Assembly: GCA_944345365.1 (NCBI GenBank)
Contig: CALVMJ010000002.1
Location: 15,517-79,516, forward strand
DNA length: 64,000 bases
Origin: an uncultured Clostridia bacterium
GTDB taxonomy: Bacteria > Bacillota > Clostridia > Christensenellales > UBA1242
Reading direction: 5' to 3'
Under the pieces are notes generated by a model that saw only the letters and a list, made by a program, of their open reading frames with translations, made no database searches and was not told the DNA's origin. Positions 9,399 to 19,452 of the stretch are shown here, one piece after another. The stretch's first letter is position 1. Each line of letters begins with the position of its first letter. The position numbers were made by a program, and so were the translations under genes.

Positions 9399-11576
9399 CT
9401 AATTTTTTGTTTTAAACTTATACTCAGTTACGCTTGCTTCTTTGGAATCAATATATTTTGTTTTTATTGTTATAAGATCGGAATTAACCATTATTTCAAC
9501 GGTTTCATTTTTTTCTGAAATAGATTCAATAAGGTTTTTATTATCGTCATATATATCATATATAAGATATTTTTTCGCTTCTATCTCTATGTAATTTTTC
9601 CCTTCAACGAACTTTGTTTTTGTTTGTGGTTTTGGCAAGTTTGCAAAATTTTCACTTTTACTAGGAAGATTGAAAATTGAAAACAGACAGTTTTCTTTAA
9701 ATCTTTCAGGAGTGTATTTATTTGCCAAAGTTACTTTGTGATTTTCTTGTAAGTCAATCAGGTCAATTTCTCTTTCAACAACTTCGTTTGGTTTTTCAAA
9801 ATGTTTGTTTTTTTGGCCACCGTAAAAAGATTTCACTACTTCTGTTGGTTGGTTGCCTCCAGCAATGTCAATAGGGGTGTTATCTAAATTTCCCATCCAA
9901 ACACCACATACCGTGTCGGGTGTGTAGGAGATGTTCCAAGCATCAAGATTTTGATTTGATTGCTTTTTTCCAACAGTTCCGGTTTTAGATGCTATTTCAA
10001 TGCCAAGCGATGAGAGTTTTTTTGCAGTTCCTTCAGTAGCAGTATGTTTTAAAATATCGGTGATAAGATAGGAAGTATCTTCCCTAAAAACTGTCTTTTC
10101 AAATGGAATGTGTTTGTATATGATTTTGCCATCTTTGTTTGTTATAAAAGAGATGAATCTTCCTTCTGAGAATTTACCTTTGTTAGGAAAAGTTGAATAT
10201 GCAGAGCATAAATCTTTAAGATTAACTCCATATGTCATTCCTCCAAGAGCCAGTGCGTAACTATCATCTTTTTTATCAAAATTTATTCCAGCTTGGCTTG
10301 CATAACTCTTTGCTTTTTCTATTCCAACATATGAAAGTACCTTGATTGCAGGTATGTTGACCGATTTTGCCACAGCATCTTTAACAGAAACGTAGCCGTT
10401 ATATTTTCCATTAACATTTTCAGGAGAATATTCTCCTATTTTAATTTTTTCATCTAGTATTTGTGTTGTGGGAGTTATAATATCCTCGTTAATTGCAGGA
10501 GCATAGACCAAAACAGGCTTTATGCAAGAACCGGGCTGTCTTTTTGCTTCTAAAATTTTGTATGGACTTTTGCCAACATACGCCAAAACGCCATGATTTT
10601 CTACCCCCAAAACAATTCCGGCATAATCACAAGAATAACTTGACATTTGATTAAAGGAATTAATAAGTTTAGATTGTAAGTCCTTATCCTGATATGTGTG
10701 AATTTTGTAACCGGCAAGTGCAATTTGTTTTGCTGGTAGATGTAATAGTTTTTCTGCTTCATCAATAACGGCTTCACTGTAAGAATTTAATCTGTTTTCA
10801 TTATTTGAGTTTAGGTTGAGGACTATATCTTTATTTTTTGCTGTAAAAAATTCTTCTTCAGTGATTAATTTATCGTTTTTCATTTCTCTTAAAACTAAAT
10901 CTCTTCTTGCTTTTGCCTGTTCGGGGTGAGTAATTGGTGAGTATTTACTTGGAGCTTTGATTAGTCCAGCTAGCAGGGCGCTTTCTTCTAGGTTTAAATC
11001 TTTACACTCTTTGGAGAAATAATATGAAGATGCAGAAGAAATTCCATAGCAGTTATTACCAAAGTAAATCAAATTTAAGTAACTTTCCAAAATTTCTTCT
11101 TTGCTAAGCGTTTTTTCAAGTTTTCTTGTCAGGACGATTTCCTTAATCTTTCTCTCTATTGTTTTTTCAGATGACAAATGAGTATTTTTGATTAATTGCT
11201 GACTTATCGTTGATGCTCCTTGTGAAAAGGAGAGGTTTTTTATGTTTTTTAATGTTGCTACGGCAATTCTTTTAAGATTAATTCCATTGTGTCTATAAAA
11301 ATTCTTATCTTCAATTGAAATAAAGGCTTGATAAGTATGAGGTGGCATTTGACTAAGTTTTGCATAAGGGTGAGTGGTGGTGTTTTCATCGTTTATAATT
11401 TTATTATCATTATCATATATGGGAATGCTTATATTTGAAGATGTGATAGCATTTAAATCTAGTTCTAAATTGCTGTATTTAACAAAATTTGATGTGAGAT
11501 AAAATCCAGCGCTCAAAACGCAAAGTAGGCCGACAAAAATCGCAGTTAATGTTAGAATTTTGACAAATTTCTTCAT
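9399..11576 (-). CDS. Class A penicillin-binding protein (glycosyltransferase GT51 + transpeptidase)
   Basis: GT51 motifs EDKNFYRHNGIN and GASTISQQLIKN. Transpeptidase motifs SCIKP (SxxK), KSVN (SxN) and KTGT. N-terminal TM anchor. The start is uncertain: ATG at 11576 or TTG at 11597. Confidence 0.9.
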   Translation of the reverse strand: MKKFVKILTLTAIFVGLLCVLSAGFYLTSNFVKYSNLELDLNAITSSNISIPIYDNDNKIINDENTTTHPYAKLSQMPPHTYQAFISIEDKNFYRHNGINLKRIAVATLKNIKNLSFSQGASTISQQLIKNTHLSSEKTIERKIKEIVLTRKLEKTLSKEEILESYLNLIYFGNNCYGISSASSYYFSKECKDLNLEESALLAGLIKAPSKYSPITHPEQAKARRDLVLREMKNDKLITEEEFFTAKNKDIVLNLNSNNENRLNSYSEAVIDEAEKLLHLPAKQIALAGYKIHTYQDKDLQSKLINSFNQMSSYSCDYAGIVLGVENHGVLAYVGKSPYKILEAKRQPGSCIKPVLVYAPAINEDIITPTTQILDEKIKIGEYSPENVNGKYNGYVSVKDAVAKSVNIPAIKVLSYVGIEKAKSYASQAGINFDKKDDSYALALGGMTYGVNLKDLCSAYSTFPNKGKFSEGRFISFITNKDGKIIYKHIPFEKTVFREDTSYLITDILKHTATEGTAKKLSSLGIEIASKTGTVGKKQSNQNLDAWNISYTPDTVCGVWMGNLDNTPIDIAGGNQPTEVVKSFYGGQKNKHFEKPNEVVEREIDLIDLQENHKVTLANKYTPERFKENCLFSIFNLPSKSENFANLPKPQTKTKFVEGKNYIEIEAKKYLIYDIYDDNKNLIESISEKNETVEIMVNSDLITIKTKYIDSKEASVTEYKFKTKN

Positions 11577-11632
11577 TAGAGTTATTATGTACCCCAAAAA
11601 GAAAAATTATTTGTAAAAAAAATTAAAAATCA

Positions 11633-11661
11633 TTGTTTATTTTATCAAAATTTAGTATAAT
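11633..11661 (+). promoter_or_regulatory. Sigma-A-type promoter for miaB (leaderless-type spacing)
   Basis: TTGTTT (11633-38), 17-nt spacer, TATAAT (11656-61). The ATG at 11671 is only 9 nt downstream and there is no SD. Confidence 0.5.
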
Positions 11662-11670
11662 TAATGTGTT

Positions 11671-12801
11671 ATGAAATACTTTATTGTTACATTTGGATGC
11701 CAAATGAATGTGCACGATTCCGAAAAAATTGCGGGAATATTAGAGCAAAAAGGATATGAAAGAGCCTCCTCAAAGGAAGAGGCTGATATTATTGTTTTTA
11801 ATACTTGTGCAATTCGTGAAGGGGCAGAAGACAGAGTTTTTGGAAATGTGGGAGCTTTAAAAAAGATGAAAAAGGAGCGCCCTGATTTAATTATTGCCGT
11901 TTGTGGCTGTATGACTCAAAAGGAGCAAACGGCTTTAGAAATGAAGAAAAAATTTCCATTTGTTGATATAATTATTGGCACTTTTAATGTCGTAAAACTT
12001 GGCGAATACATTGACAAACTTAAAGAAAGCAGAAAAAAGCAAGTTGAAGTTTTTGAAGAGGGTGATATAGATGAATTATTGCCATATAAAAGAACGAGTG
12101 GGGAAAACGCGTGGGTAAATATCATACAAGGCTGTAATAATTTTTGTACATATTGTATTGTTCCATATGTCAGAGGAAGGGAAAAGAGTAGAGAAAAAGA
12201 GGCAATTTTATCAGAAATAAAAGAGCTGGTTAAAAGTGGAAAATATAAACAAATTACTCTTCTTGGACAAAATGTTAACTCTTATGGAAAAGATTTAAAA
12301 AATCCTTGTTCTTTTGCTCAGTTGTTGAGTGAAATATGCAAAATCGAAGGCGATTTTAAGGTTTGGTTTATGACATCACACCCAAAAGATTTAAGCGACG
12401 AGGTAATAGATGTTATTGCAAAAGAAGACAAAATCCTAAAAGATATTCATCTTCCTGCGCAAAGTGGAAACAACAGAATTTTGGCAAAGATGAATCGAAA
12501 ATACACAAGAGAGGATTATTTAAAAATAATAAAAAAAATTAAGAGAAAAATACCAAGTGTAAGACTTACATCTGACTTCATTGTCGGATTTCCAACCGAG
12601 ACCGAAGAAGAGTTTTTGGACACATATTCATTGATAGAAGAAGTCAGATTTGACAGCATTTTTGCTTTTATATATTCAAAAAGAGAAGGAACTGTTGCAA
12701 GCAAAATGGATGGGCAGATTGACGAAGAAACGAAAAGGATAAGAGTTAATAAACTCCTAGACCTAGAAAAGAAAATACAAAAAGAGGACAACAAAAAATG
12801 A
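11671..12801 (+). CDS. miaB: tRNA-i6A37 methylthiotransferase MiaB, apparently lacking the C-terminal TRAM domain
   Basis: UPF0004 domain (TFGCQMNVHDSE, FNTCAIRE) and radical-SAM CNNFCTYCIVP. The protein stops at 376 aa, right after the radical-SAM core. Its stop overlaps the mutS start (ATGA). Confidence 0.85.
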   Translation: MKYFIVTFGCQMNVHDSEKIAGILEQKGYERASSKEEADIIVFNTCAIREGAEDRVFGNVGALKKMKKERPDLIIAVCGCMTQKEQTALEMKKKFPFVDIIIGTFNVVKLGEYIDKLKESRKKQVEVFEEGDIDELLPYKRTSGENAWVNIIQGCNNFCTYCIVPYVRGREKSREKEAILSEIKELVKSGKYKQITLLGQNVNSYGKDLKNPCSFAQLLSEICKIEGDFKVWFMTSHPKDLSDEVIDVIAKEDKILKDIHLPAQSGNNRILAKMNRKYTREDYLKIIKKIKRKIPSVRLTSDFIVGFPTETEEEFLDTYSLIEEVRFDSIFAFIYSKREGTVASKMDGQIDEETKRIRVNKLLDLEKKIQKEDNKK

Positions 12802-15362
12802 GTTTAACACCAATGATGGAGCATTATTTTGAGGTGAAAGAGAGATACAAAGATTGTGTCATCTTTTATCGACTTGGGGATTTTTATGAAATGTTCTATG
12901 AAGATGCCAAAACGGTTAGTAAGGCTCTTGATTTAACGCTGACATCAAGGGGAGGGGCGCCTATGTGTGGCGTTCCTTTTCATGCAGTTGAAACATATCT
13001 TGCAAAACTTATTAATCAAGGATTTAAAGTAGCAATTTGCGAACAGTTAACTGAGGCAAAAAAAGGTCAAAAGGTTGAAAGAGATGTTGTTAGAGTTGTA
13101 ACACCTGGAACAGTAACTGAAGACTCTATTTTGGAAGAGGGCAGGAATAACTACATTATGTCAATTTATGCAAATGAGAAAAGCATTTCAATTTGTTATA
13201 GTGACATAACAACAGGTGAATTTAAGGTGCAAAAAATCTCTTCAGTAGAAGATTTGACAGATGCATTGACAAGAATAATGCCCAAAGAAGTGCTTGGGAA
13301 TGATGTAGCAAAGCAGGTTTATGAAAATTTAGCTATTTTAAAGCTTGGTATTTTGCCTAGATTGAGCCTATACTATCCTTGGGCTTTTGGATATGACAGA
13401 GCTGATAAAAATCTTAAATCTCAGTTTGGAGACAACTATAAAAAGGTGTTTGACCTAAACGATAACAAAGACGAAATTATAGTTGCAGGAGCATTAATAG
13501 AATATCTCAACGAAACACAAAAACGTTTAATGACAAACATCAATAAAATTCAAAAAGTTCAAAACACCGAGTTTATGATGATAGATCCTAACACAAGACG
13601 AAATCTTGAACTCACAGAAACAATAAGAGAACGAAAAAAATACGGCTCGCTCCTTTGGCTTTTGGACAAAACAAAAACAAGTATGGGGGCAAGAAGGCTA
13701 AGAAAAATATTCGACGAACCATTAAAAGATTCAAAGAAAATCAATGAAAGGCTGGATTTAGTTGAAGAACTTGTAAAAAAAATATTACTAAGAGACAGCC
13801 TTGCAGAGAAATTATTAAAGGTTAATGATATTGAAAGATTGTCAGGTAAAATTGCCTATGGAAATGTTAATCCAAAAGATTTGCTTTCCTTAAAAAATTC
13901 TTTAAAAGTTTTGCCTGAAATTAAAAATCTGTTATACACAAGTGAAAAATTAAAAAAATATTGTGATAATATATTTGAGCTGTCAGATATAACGAACCTA
14001 CTTGAAAATGCAATAAAAGAAGATGCCCCTTATGTTTTAAGAGATGGTGGATTCATAAAAAGTGGTTTTAACAACGAACTTGATACTTTAAGAAGTATGC
14101 ACACTGATGCAACATTATGGAAGGATGAAATTGAAAAGAAAGAAAAAGAAAGCACAGGGATTTCCAATCTTAAAATAGGATACAACAGAGTTTTTGGTTA
14201 TTATATAGAAGTAAACAAAAAGGATTCAAGCAAAGTACCTCTTTACTATGAGAGAAAGCAAACAATTTCAAATAACGAAAGGTATATAACCCAAGAATTA
14301 AAGGAATTAGAAGAAAAAATTTTGGGAGCAAACGAAAATGCAATAAAGCTTGAAAATAAAATTTTTGCAATGCTAAAAGAAAAATTATTAACAGTTGTTA
14401 AAGACATTCAAATAACAGCAAATGCTATTGCCGAAATAGATTGTATATTGTCCCTTGCTCTAAGTGCAATAAAATATAGTTTTTCAAAACCAACGATAAA
14501 CAAAAGCATTAAGCACATAAAAATTCACGAGGGCAGACACCCGGTTGTCGAAGAGTTTATGAAAGAGGGAAGCTTTATTGCAAATGATTGCTACCTAAAT
14601 AGCTCCGACAGCAGAACTATGATTATAACAGGTCCAAATATGGCCGGAAAAAGCACATATATGAGACAGGTTGCGCTTATAACTTTTATGGCGCATATAG
14701 GGTCGTTTGTTCCGGCTAGTGAAGCAGAAATAGCAATCACAGACCGAATATTCACAAGAGTTGGAGCAAGTGATGACCTTGCGTTTGGTCAAAGTACATT
14801 TATGGTTGAAATGAGTGAAGTTGCAAATATTTTGGCAAGTGCAACAAATGAAAGCTTAATTATACTTGACGAGATTGGAAGAGGGACATCAACTTTTGAT
14901 GGATTAAGCATCGCTTGGGCAGTTGTAGAACATATTTCAAAAAAACTTTTTGCAAAAACTCTTTTTGCAACCCATTATCACGAATTAACCGAACTTGAAG
15001 GGGTTTTAGATGGTGTTAAGAATTATAAGGTTGCAGTAAAAGAATTTGAGGACAGGGTTATTTTCCTTCATAAAATTGTGAGGGGTGGCGCAAATAAGAG
15101 TTTTGGAATTGAGGTTGCAAGACTTGCAGGTGTTCCGAGCGAAGTTTTGGATAGGGCAAAGGAAATAAGCAAAAATCTTGAAAAAGTAAATCAAAAGCTA
15201 GATCTTGATATATTTAAGGAAGATAAATCAAAAGCAGAAGAGAACACAAAGCTTGCTTTGAGTATTGTGAATGTAATAAAAGATATCGATATAAACAGGA
15301 TTTCACCGATGAGTGCATTTGATATTTTGGTTGATTTGGTTAGTAAGGTGAAGAAAGATTAG
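12798..15362 (+). CDS. mutS: DNA mismatch repair protein MutS
   Basis: N-terminal mismatch-binding region (MTPMMEHYFEVKERY..GDFYEMF), Walker A GPNMAGKST, and the STFMVEM motif. Confidence 0.97.
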   Translation: MSLTPMMEHYFEVKERYKDCVIFYRLGDFYEMFYEDAKTVSKALDLTLTSRGGAPMCGVPFHAVETYLAKLINQGFKVAICEQLTEAKKGQKVERDVVRVVTPGTVTEDSILEEGRNNYIMSIYANEKSISICYSDITTGEFKVQKISSVEDLTDALTRIMPKEVLGNDVAKQVYENLAILKLGILPRLSLYYPWAFGYDRADKNLKSQFGDNYKKVFDLNDNKDEIIVAGALIEYLNETQKRLMTNINKIQKVQNTEFMMIDPNTRRNLELTETIRERKKYGSLLWLLDKTKTSMGARRLRKIFDEPLKDSKKINERLDLVEELVKKILLRDSLAEKLLKVNDIERLSGKIAYGNVNPKDLLSLKNSLKVLPEIKNLLYTSEKLKKYCDNIFELSDITNLLENAIKEDAPYVLRDGGFIKSGFNNELDTLRSMHTDATLWKDEIEKKEKESTGISNLKIGYNRVFGYYIEVNKKDSSKVPLYYERKQTISNNERYITQELKELEEKILGANENAIKLENKIFAMLKEKLLTVVKDIQITANAIAEIDCILSLALSAIKYSFSKPTINKSIKHIKIHEGRHPVVEEFMKEGSFIANDCYLNSSDSRTMIITGPNMAGKSTYMRQVALITFMAHIGSFVPASEAEIAITDRIFTRVGASDDLAFGQSTFMVEMSEVANILASATNESLIILDEIGRGTSTFDGLSIAWAVVEHISKKLFAKTLFATHYHELTELEGVLDGVKNYKVAVKEFEDRVIFLHKIVRGGANKSFGIEVARLAGVPSEVLDRAKEISKNLEKVNQKLDLDIFKEDKSKAEENTKLALSIVNVIKDIDINRISPMSAFDILVDLVSKVKKD

Positions 15363-15371
15363 GAGGAACAA

Positions 15372-17294
15372 GTGAAAATAAATGTCCTAGATTCAAAAGT
15401 CTTTAACAGAATCTCTGCCGGAGAAGTCGTTGAAAAGCCAGCCTCAATAGTGAAAGAAGTTGTCGAAAATTCAATAGACGCAAAGGCTACATCAATTAAA
15501 ATTGAAATTGTTGATGGAGGAATTAAAAAAATAGTCGTTTCTGACAATGGAACGGGTATAGAGAAAGATGATGTTGCCCTTGCATTTTTACCACACGCAA
15601 CAAGCAAAATTAAAAATGTTGAAGACTTGGATAATATTGAAACGCTTGGGTTTAGAGGTGAGGCACTTGCCAGCATTGCCTCTGTTTGTCATGTAACGCT
15701 TTCTTCTAGGTCAAAAGAGTCTGAGATAGGTTATATAATAAGCATTGATGGAGGTGAATTTGGTAAAATTCAAGAAATTGCCAGAAATCGTGGGACTACA
15801 ATAGAAATTTCTGACCTTTTTTATAATACTCCTGTTAGAGCAAAATTTTTAAGAAAACCAAAGAGCGAAGAAGCAGAGATAACTCATCTAGTTCAAAGAT
15901 TTATGCTTGCTCACCCTGAAATTGCATTTACCTATGTGGTAGATGGAAAACAGATATATAACACAAAGTCTTCTGAGTTATCTGACATAATATATACAAT
16001 ATATGGAAAAGAGGTTTTTGAAAATTTAATTGAAGTAGACTATACGGAAGGAGATTTTTCATTAAAGGGCTTTGTTGTTTCGCCAAAAATATCAAAACCA
16101 AACAGAACATATCAAACTTTGTTTGTCAATAATAGATATGTTGAAAATTACTTGATTTCATCTTCAATTCAATCTGTTTTTGAATCATTTTTGATGAAAG
16201 GAAAATTTCCAGTCTATGTGTTAAATTTGATTGTTTTGCCAAGCAGTGTAGATGTTAATGTTCATCCTACAAAGAAGGAAGTTAAGTTTGAAGAGCCAAA
16301 CAAAATCTATTCATTTGTAAAAAGAGCAATTGAAGGGGCTTTGACTGGAATTGATTACATAGCAAGTCTTGATTTTGAAGATGACGGCATTATAGATACA
16401 TTTCCAGGAAAAAAAGTTAATGTTATTCCAGTAAGAGAAGCTCAAAACATTTTGCAAAGCGAAGGAAGCTCTTTTTCTGGAAAGCTAGGAAGCAATGAAA
16501 TAATTGAAAAAGACATTTTAACAACACTGCATGATAAGCAAATCCACGGTTTAGAAAAAAGGGAAATTGAAGCAGAAATTGATATAACATCTTCCAATTT
16601 AAATCCCGTAACGCTAGATACTGGCATGGAAAAAAGATTCTTTTTTGACCAAAGTCAAGAAAAACATTTTTACAGAGATTTTATCAAAGAAAAAAAACCC
16701 GATGAAAAACTTTTTAAAAGTTCCCCAAAAGATGAAATTAAAGTTGTAGGTGTTTTATTTAACACTTATATCGTAGCCGAACTTGGCGAAAGTATTTTCC
16801 TAGTAGATCAGCATGCAGCTCATGAAAGACAACTTTATGATAAGCTTATAAATCGAATATCAAATGAAGATGTTATTGCTCAGCCACTTCTTTTGCCGTA
16901 TTCTTTTAGGGTTAATGAAAGGGAGTATCTGATTATTGAAAATTCTTTAAAGGCATTAGAAGAACTTGGTTTTAAGATAACAAAGGGACAGAATCAATTC
17001 CAAATAGAAGAAATTCCTATGGTTTTAGATGGACTGGATCTTAAAAAGTTTATAGAAGATGTTTTAACAGAAGGCGAGATTTGGAGCAAAAAATCAAGTG
17101 ATATAATAAAGGAAAAACTTGCACAAAATGCTTGTAAGCATGCAATCAAAGGAGGACAAGAAATTTCTATTGAAGCCCTTGTTGACCTTGTTGAGCAAAT
17201 GAAAGAGGGAGTTCTTCTTTGTCCGCATGGAAGACCTATAATGGTTAAGGTTACAAAAAAAGATCTAGAAAAATTGTTTAAAAGAATTGTCTGA
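15372..17294 (+). CDS. mutL: DNA mismatch repair protein MutL
   Basis: GTG start follows AGGAGG. GHKL ATPase motifs (VVKEVVENSIDA, DNGTGI, GFRGEAL). The C-terminal dimerisation/endonuclease region has DQHAAHER. Confidence 0.95.
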   Translation: MKINVLDSKVFNRISAGEVVEKPASIVKEVVENSIDAKATSIKIEIVDGGIKKIVVSDNGTGIEKDDVALAFLPHATSKIKNVEDLDNIETLGFRGEALASIASVCHVTLSSRSKESEIGYIISIDGGEFGKIQEIARNRGTTIEISDLFYNTPVRAKFLRKPKSEEAEITHLVQRFMLAHPEIAFTYVVDGKQIYNTKSSELSDIIYTIYGKEVFENLIEVDYTEGDFSLKGFVVSPKISKPNRTYQTLFVNNRYVENYLISSSIQSVFESFLMKGKFPVYVLNLIVLPSSVDVNVHPTKKEVKFEEPNKIYSFVKRAIEGALTGIDYIASLDFEDDGIIDTFPGKKVNVIPVREAQNILQSEGSSFSGKLGSNEIIEKDILTTLHDKQIHGLEKREIEAEIDITSSNLNPVTLDTGMEKRFFFDQSQEKHFYRDFIKEKKPDEKLFKSSPKDEIKVVGVLFNTYIVAELGESIFLVDQHAAHERQLYDKLINRISNEDVIAQPLLLPYSFRVNEREYLIIENSLKALEELGFKITKGQNQFQIEEIPMVLDGLDLKKFIEDVLTEGEIWSKKSSDIIKEKLAQNACKHAIKGGQEISIEALVDLVEQMKEGVLLCPHGRPIMVKVTKKDLEKLFKRIV

Positions 17295-18193
17295 TGAAAA
17301 AAATACTAATTATTCTTGGCCCAACAGCAGTTGGGAAGAGCGAGTTTGGCGTCTTTCTTGCTAAAAAATTTAATGGCGAGATTATTTCTGCCGATTCTGT
17401 TCAAATTTACAAGGGATTAGATATTGGTTCGGCAAAGGTTACAAATGAAGAAATGGAAGGGGTAAAACATCACTGCATAGACATTATTGCCCCAGAGAGT
17501 GAATTTAGCGTTTTTGATTTTGTGAAATTGACAAGAGAAAAGATTGATGAAATAATTGAAAGAGGAAAGCTTCCTATAATTGTTGGTGGAACGGGACTTT
17601 ATGTTAAAGCATTGCTTGAAGGATATGATTTTGGCGGGCAGGGTAAGGATGAAGAATATAGAAAGAGGCTTGAAAAAAAGTGGGAAAAAGAAAGTGATGG
17701 ATTGTATGAAACTTTGAAGCTTAAACAACCTGATCTTGCCTTGAAAATTAAGCCCAATGATAAGAAAAGAATTATAAGAGCGCTTGAAATTTCTGAATTT
17801 GGATCCTTGCCAACATCTTCAAAGTCAGAATTTGACGCCCTTGTAGTAACGCTAAATATGGACAGGCAAAAGCTTTATGATAGAATCAACGAAAGAGTGG
17901 ATAAAATGATTGGCTTAGGGCTTGTTGAAGAGGTTAAAAAACTTATTGCCTTGGGCTTAAAAAAAGAAAATCAATCTATGAAAGCAATAGGTTACAAAGA
18001 GGTAATTTCTTTTTTAAGTGGCGAAATTGATGAGCAAAGAATGGTTGAATTAATTAAGCAACATTCAAGAAACTATGCAAAAAGGCAGATGACATTTTTT
18101 AGATCTTTACAAGATTCTTTTGTTGTTGATGTGGAAGACAAAAAACAAGCAGTGATAGAATTAGAAAAAAGGATTAAGGGGTGGTTATGTTAA
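17294..18193 (+). CDS. miaA: tRNA dimethylallyltransferase MiaA
   Basis: P-loop GPTAVGKS, SADSVQIYKGLDIGSAK, VGGTGLY. Confidence 0.93.
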   Translation: MKKILIILGPTAVGKSEFGVFLAKKFNGEIISADSVQIYKGLDIGSAKVTNEEMEGVKHHCIDIIAPESEFSVFDFVKLTREKIDEIIERGKLPIIVGGTGLYVKALLEGYDFGGQGKDEEYRKRLEKKWEKESDGLYETLKLKQPDLALKIKPNDKKRIIRALEISEFGSLPTSSKSEFDALVVTLNMDRQKLYDRINERVDKMIGLGLVEEVKKLIALGLKKENQSMKAIGYKEVISFLSGEIDEQRMVELIKQHSRNYAKRQMTFFRSLQDSFVVDVEDKKQAVIELEKRIKGWLC

Positions 18194-19389
18194 TTGAGGA
18201 GTGTGAAAAAAAGTTACAAAATAAGTTTAAGGAATTAGAAGAGATTTCTTTTTTTAATCAAAAGAAGGTTTTAGATGCCTTTAAGGAGTGTAGAGTTAGC
18301 ACAAATCATTTCTTCGGTAGTTCTGGATATGGTTATGATGATGTCGGCAGAGATACTTTGCGCAAGGTTTATTCCAAAGTTTTTAAAACTGACGACTCTA
18401 TTGTTTCGCCTTTAATTACTTGTGGTTCACACGCCATATCAATTGTTTTGTATGGCCTTTTAAGACCGGGAGATACTCTTTTGTCAATTTCTGGTGATCT
18501 TTATGACACCTTAAAAGAAACATTGTTTGGTGATGGTAATGGTTCACTAGAAGATTTTGGAATTTCATATAGGCAAGTTGAGATGAATGAAAGCGAATTT
18601 GATTGTAATGCTATAATCTCAACGATTTTAAAATTAAAACCAAAAGTAATATTTATTCAAAGGTCAAGGGGATATTCATCAAGGAAGGCTCTTTCTTGTC
18701 AAGCTATGGGTGAAATTTTTTCTAAGATAAGAGAAGTTTACAAAGAGGGATTTATTGTTGTAGATAATTGTTATGGAGAGTTTGTCGAAAAAACAGAACC
18801 AACCGAGGTCGGGGCAGATGTTGTTGTGGGTTCACTCATAAAGAATCCGGGCGGAGGATTGGCACCAACAGGTGGCTATATTGCTGGAAAGCAAGATGCG
18901 ATTGATTTAATTGCTAAGAGATTCACTTCACCTTCCTTGGGACTTGAAGTGGGGTCGTTTGAAATGGGATATAGGCTTTTCTATCAAGGTTTATTTCTTG
19001 CTCCTCATGTTGTAAAAGAGACCATCAAGGGGGCATATTTGGTTGGGAAACTTATGGAAGAAAAAGGGTATAAAGTCATTCCTTCCTCAGAAGAAAAAGC
19101 ATTTGACATAATTAAATCAATAGTCTTTAACACCGAAGAGGAATTGGTAAAGTTTGTTCAAAACATTCAAAAAATATCTCCCGTTGACAGCTTTGTGTTG
19201 CCACTTCCTTGGGATATGCCGGGATATAACGACAAAGTAATTATGGCGGCGGGAACATTTGTAAGTGGCGCTTCAATAGAGCTTTCGTGTGATTCTCCTA
19301 TAAAGAAACCATACATTGCTTATTTCCAAGGAGGCTTAACATACGAGCACATAAAAATACTAGCAGAAGAATTGGAGAAATTGTATTAA
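18187..19389 (+). CDS. Aluminium-resistance/YnbB-family PLP-dependent enzyme (Cys/Met metabolism fold)
   Basis: Family-typical N-terminus (SSGYGYDDVGRDTLRKVYSKVF, LRPGDTLLSISGDLYDTL). Commonly found downstream of miaA in Firmicutes. Confidence 0.75.
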   Translation: MLIEECEKKLQNKFKELEEISFFNQKKVLDAFKECRVSTNHFFGSSGYGYDDVGRDTLRKVYSKVFKTDDSIVSPLITCGSHAISIVLYGLLRPGDTLLSISGDLYDTLKETLFGDGNGSLEDFGISYRQVEMNESEFDCNAIISTILKLKPKVIFIQRSRGYSSRKALSCQAMGEIFSKIREVYKEGFIVVDNCYGEFVEKTEPTEVGADVVVGSLIKNPGGGLAPTGGYIAGKQDAIDLIAKRFTSPSLGLEVGSFEMGYRLFYQGLFLAPHVVKETIKGAYLVGKLMEEKGYKVIPSSEEKAFDIIKSIVFNTEEELVKFVQNIQKISPVDSFVLPLPWDMPGYNDKVIMAAGTFVSGASIELSCDSPIKKPYIAYFQGGLTYEHIKILAEELEKLY

Positions 19390-19399
19390 AGGTGAAAAA

Positions 19400-19428
19400 A
19401 AAGACAAGGAAGTCCTTGTTCTTTTTTT
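19400..19428 (+). terminator. Rho-independent terminator
   Basis: ACAAGGA-ag-TCCTTGT hairpin followed by TCTTTTTTT. Confidence 0.8.
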
Positions 19429-19452
19429 CGACAAAAGATAATAAAATATTAT

